Origin: Camelus dromedarius
Taxonomy: Eukaryota
Length of the DNA stretch: 64,000 bases
Reading direction: 5' to 3'
Assembly: GCF_036321535.1 (NCBI RefSeq)
Contig: NC_087459.1
Location: forward strand, 7,564,001 to 7,628,000
The position numbers and the translations under genes were made by a program. Of the stretch, positions 62,601 to 64,000 are shown one piece after another. The notes beneath the pieces were generated by a model, which saw only the letters and a list, made by a program, of their open reading frames with translations, did no database searches and had not been told where the DNA came from. Within the stretch, counting starts at the first letter, position 1; each line of letters begins with the position of its first letter.

Positions 62601-64000
62601 TGCCGCAGAGACCGTGAGGCTTCAGAACTTTTTCTGAGGAGCCAGCCAGGGAGCGGGCCCACCCCTGCAGCAGCTCCGATTGGTGGGTTTCTCCAGCCTC
62701 CCAGGCGGCCTTGCCAAGTGTTATAAAAATACATCAGTGCGCCAGGCCGCCCAGCGTCACACTTACTGCCGTGGGGTGATAGGTTAAACAAATTCCACCT
62801 CAGAATTTACTGCGCCCGCTCGTTCTTGCCTCAGCGCGTGGACCGTATTTCATACAGAAATACCTCCCTAAGTGTCCAAGGGGGAGGGGCCCGGCTTGCA
62901 GAAGGCAGCTTCCAGATTTTTATATGAACAAAGGTAGCTGTATAAACGCGCCAAAAACAAGTCTTTTACAGAGGGCCGTTTGTGAACCTTGCTTTCCAGT
63001 AACCAGTACACTGGGGGGTAGAGCGGGAATTGTAGCAATTTCATTCGATAAATTCTGTGCAGATTTGAATTTTTGGAAAACGGTGTGGTGAGGGAGTGGA
63101 GGTGGCCCGGGGGTCTGTGGTCAGCTCTGCCTCATGGGCTGACCCCTGTCCCTGTCAGGAATGGGGTACCCGTGTGCCGCAGTGACTGTCACCCACGGTT
63201 GTCCCAGCCTCATGGACGGTGGCTGTGGGCCCTTTGCTCAATCACCTGGCAACGTGGGAGCTTTGAGACCTGGCCCAGAGCAGGGTGGTGTGGACCCTGA
63301 GAGAGCATGAGGATAGTGGTGCAAGTCTCACTTCCCTCTTCTGAGTGGGGACACGGCTTGGTGTCTGGAGACAGAGGGCTGGGCTTGGGACCCTAGAAGG
63401 GGAAGCTGATGGTCCCGACATGGGGATACCCAACACGGGGGACCCCTGCCATGGGTCCTGGGGGAGCAGAGTCCCTGGGGGCCACCTGTACTGAGACAGT
63501 TGGCGGTCCGATGGCGGACATGAGTCACTGAGGCTCACAGGGCCAGGGCGCCCTGGCAGGGAGGGCCCAGTGGGCGGGGGCCATGCCCTGGCATGGCCAG
63601 ACAGGTAGTGTCTCCACCAGGCGCCTGAAATAGCTCTAGAGGCGTCTAGCACTGGGAGGAGAGCATGGATGCCTAGCGGGATGGATGTGCCGGGAGCCGT
63701 GGGCAGCCCTGCCAGGCCAGGTAACCAGAGCCTGGCCCGGGGACACCCCTCTGGCCTAGGGACAAACAGCAGGGGGTAGGGGCAGTTGGCTGTCTACACT
63801 CCTCCCCATGGGGCTCCATGTCTTCCTCCTACCCCTGCAGGCTCTGCCAGGCCCTGAAGGGGAACCTGGCCAGCTTTGGCCAGACTTCTCAGAACTCCAT
63901 ATTGCCTCCTTCCCCTGGGGCCCTGGGGCGAGGGGGCTCCTGGAATCACAGTGCTCTGCCGGTCATCAAAGCCCCAAGGGTCTCCCTGCAGATAGGCCCC

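Noticed and set aside
1-64000. CRISPR arrays, rRNA, NUMTs, horizontally acquired or synthetic inserts
   Set aside because: None seen. All periodic sequence is microsatellite or retroelement-derived, and composition shifts match L1/LTR boundaries.

Overview
Mammalian genomic DNA, very probably a camelid (camel, llama or alpaca), judged from three tRNA-derived Vic-1-like SINEs and a camelid-type young L1 3' end. The window holds the head-to-head LMF1/SOX8 locus. On the minus strand are the first three coding exons of LMF1 (lipase maturation factor 1): 29917-29725, 19339-19030 and an 11-nt micro-exon at 10675-10665 that the ORF track misses. I did not find exon 4, so it probably lies left of the window. 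On the plus strand is the complete three-exon SOX8 gene (CDS 41865-42286, 43466-43695, 44401-45140; 463 aa) with a 3'UTR to about 46670. Between the two genes, splice and poly(A) signals support a candidate orthologue of the lncRNA CEROX1, running divergently from the SOX8 CpG island. The rest is intronic or intergenic DNA with old and young L1 pieces, L2, MIR, MaLR/ERV LTRs and several motif-dense islands that look like enhancers. I see no evidence for a new protein-coding system: the other long ORFs are GC-rich by-products or L1 remnants. The best leads are regulatory or structural: the divergent lncRNA, the frame-shifting micro-exon, a multiply rearranged nested L1, and candidate SoxE-locus enhancers. 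Repeat family names and human/mouse comparisons are from memory, not from database searches.
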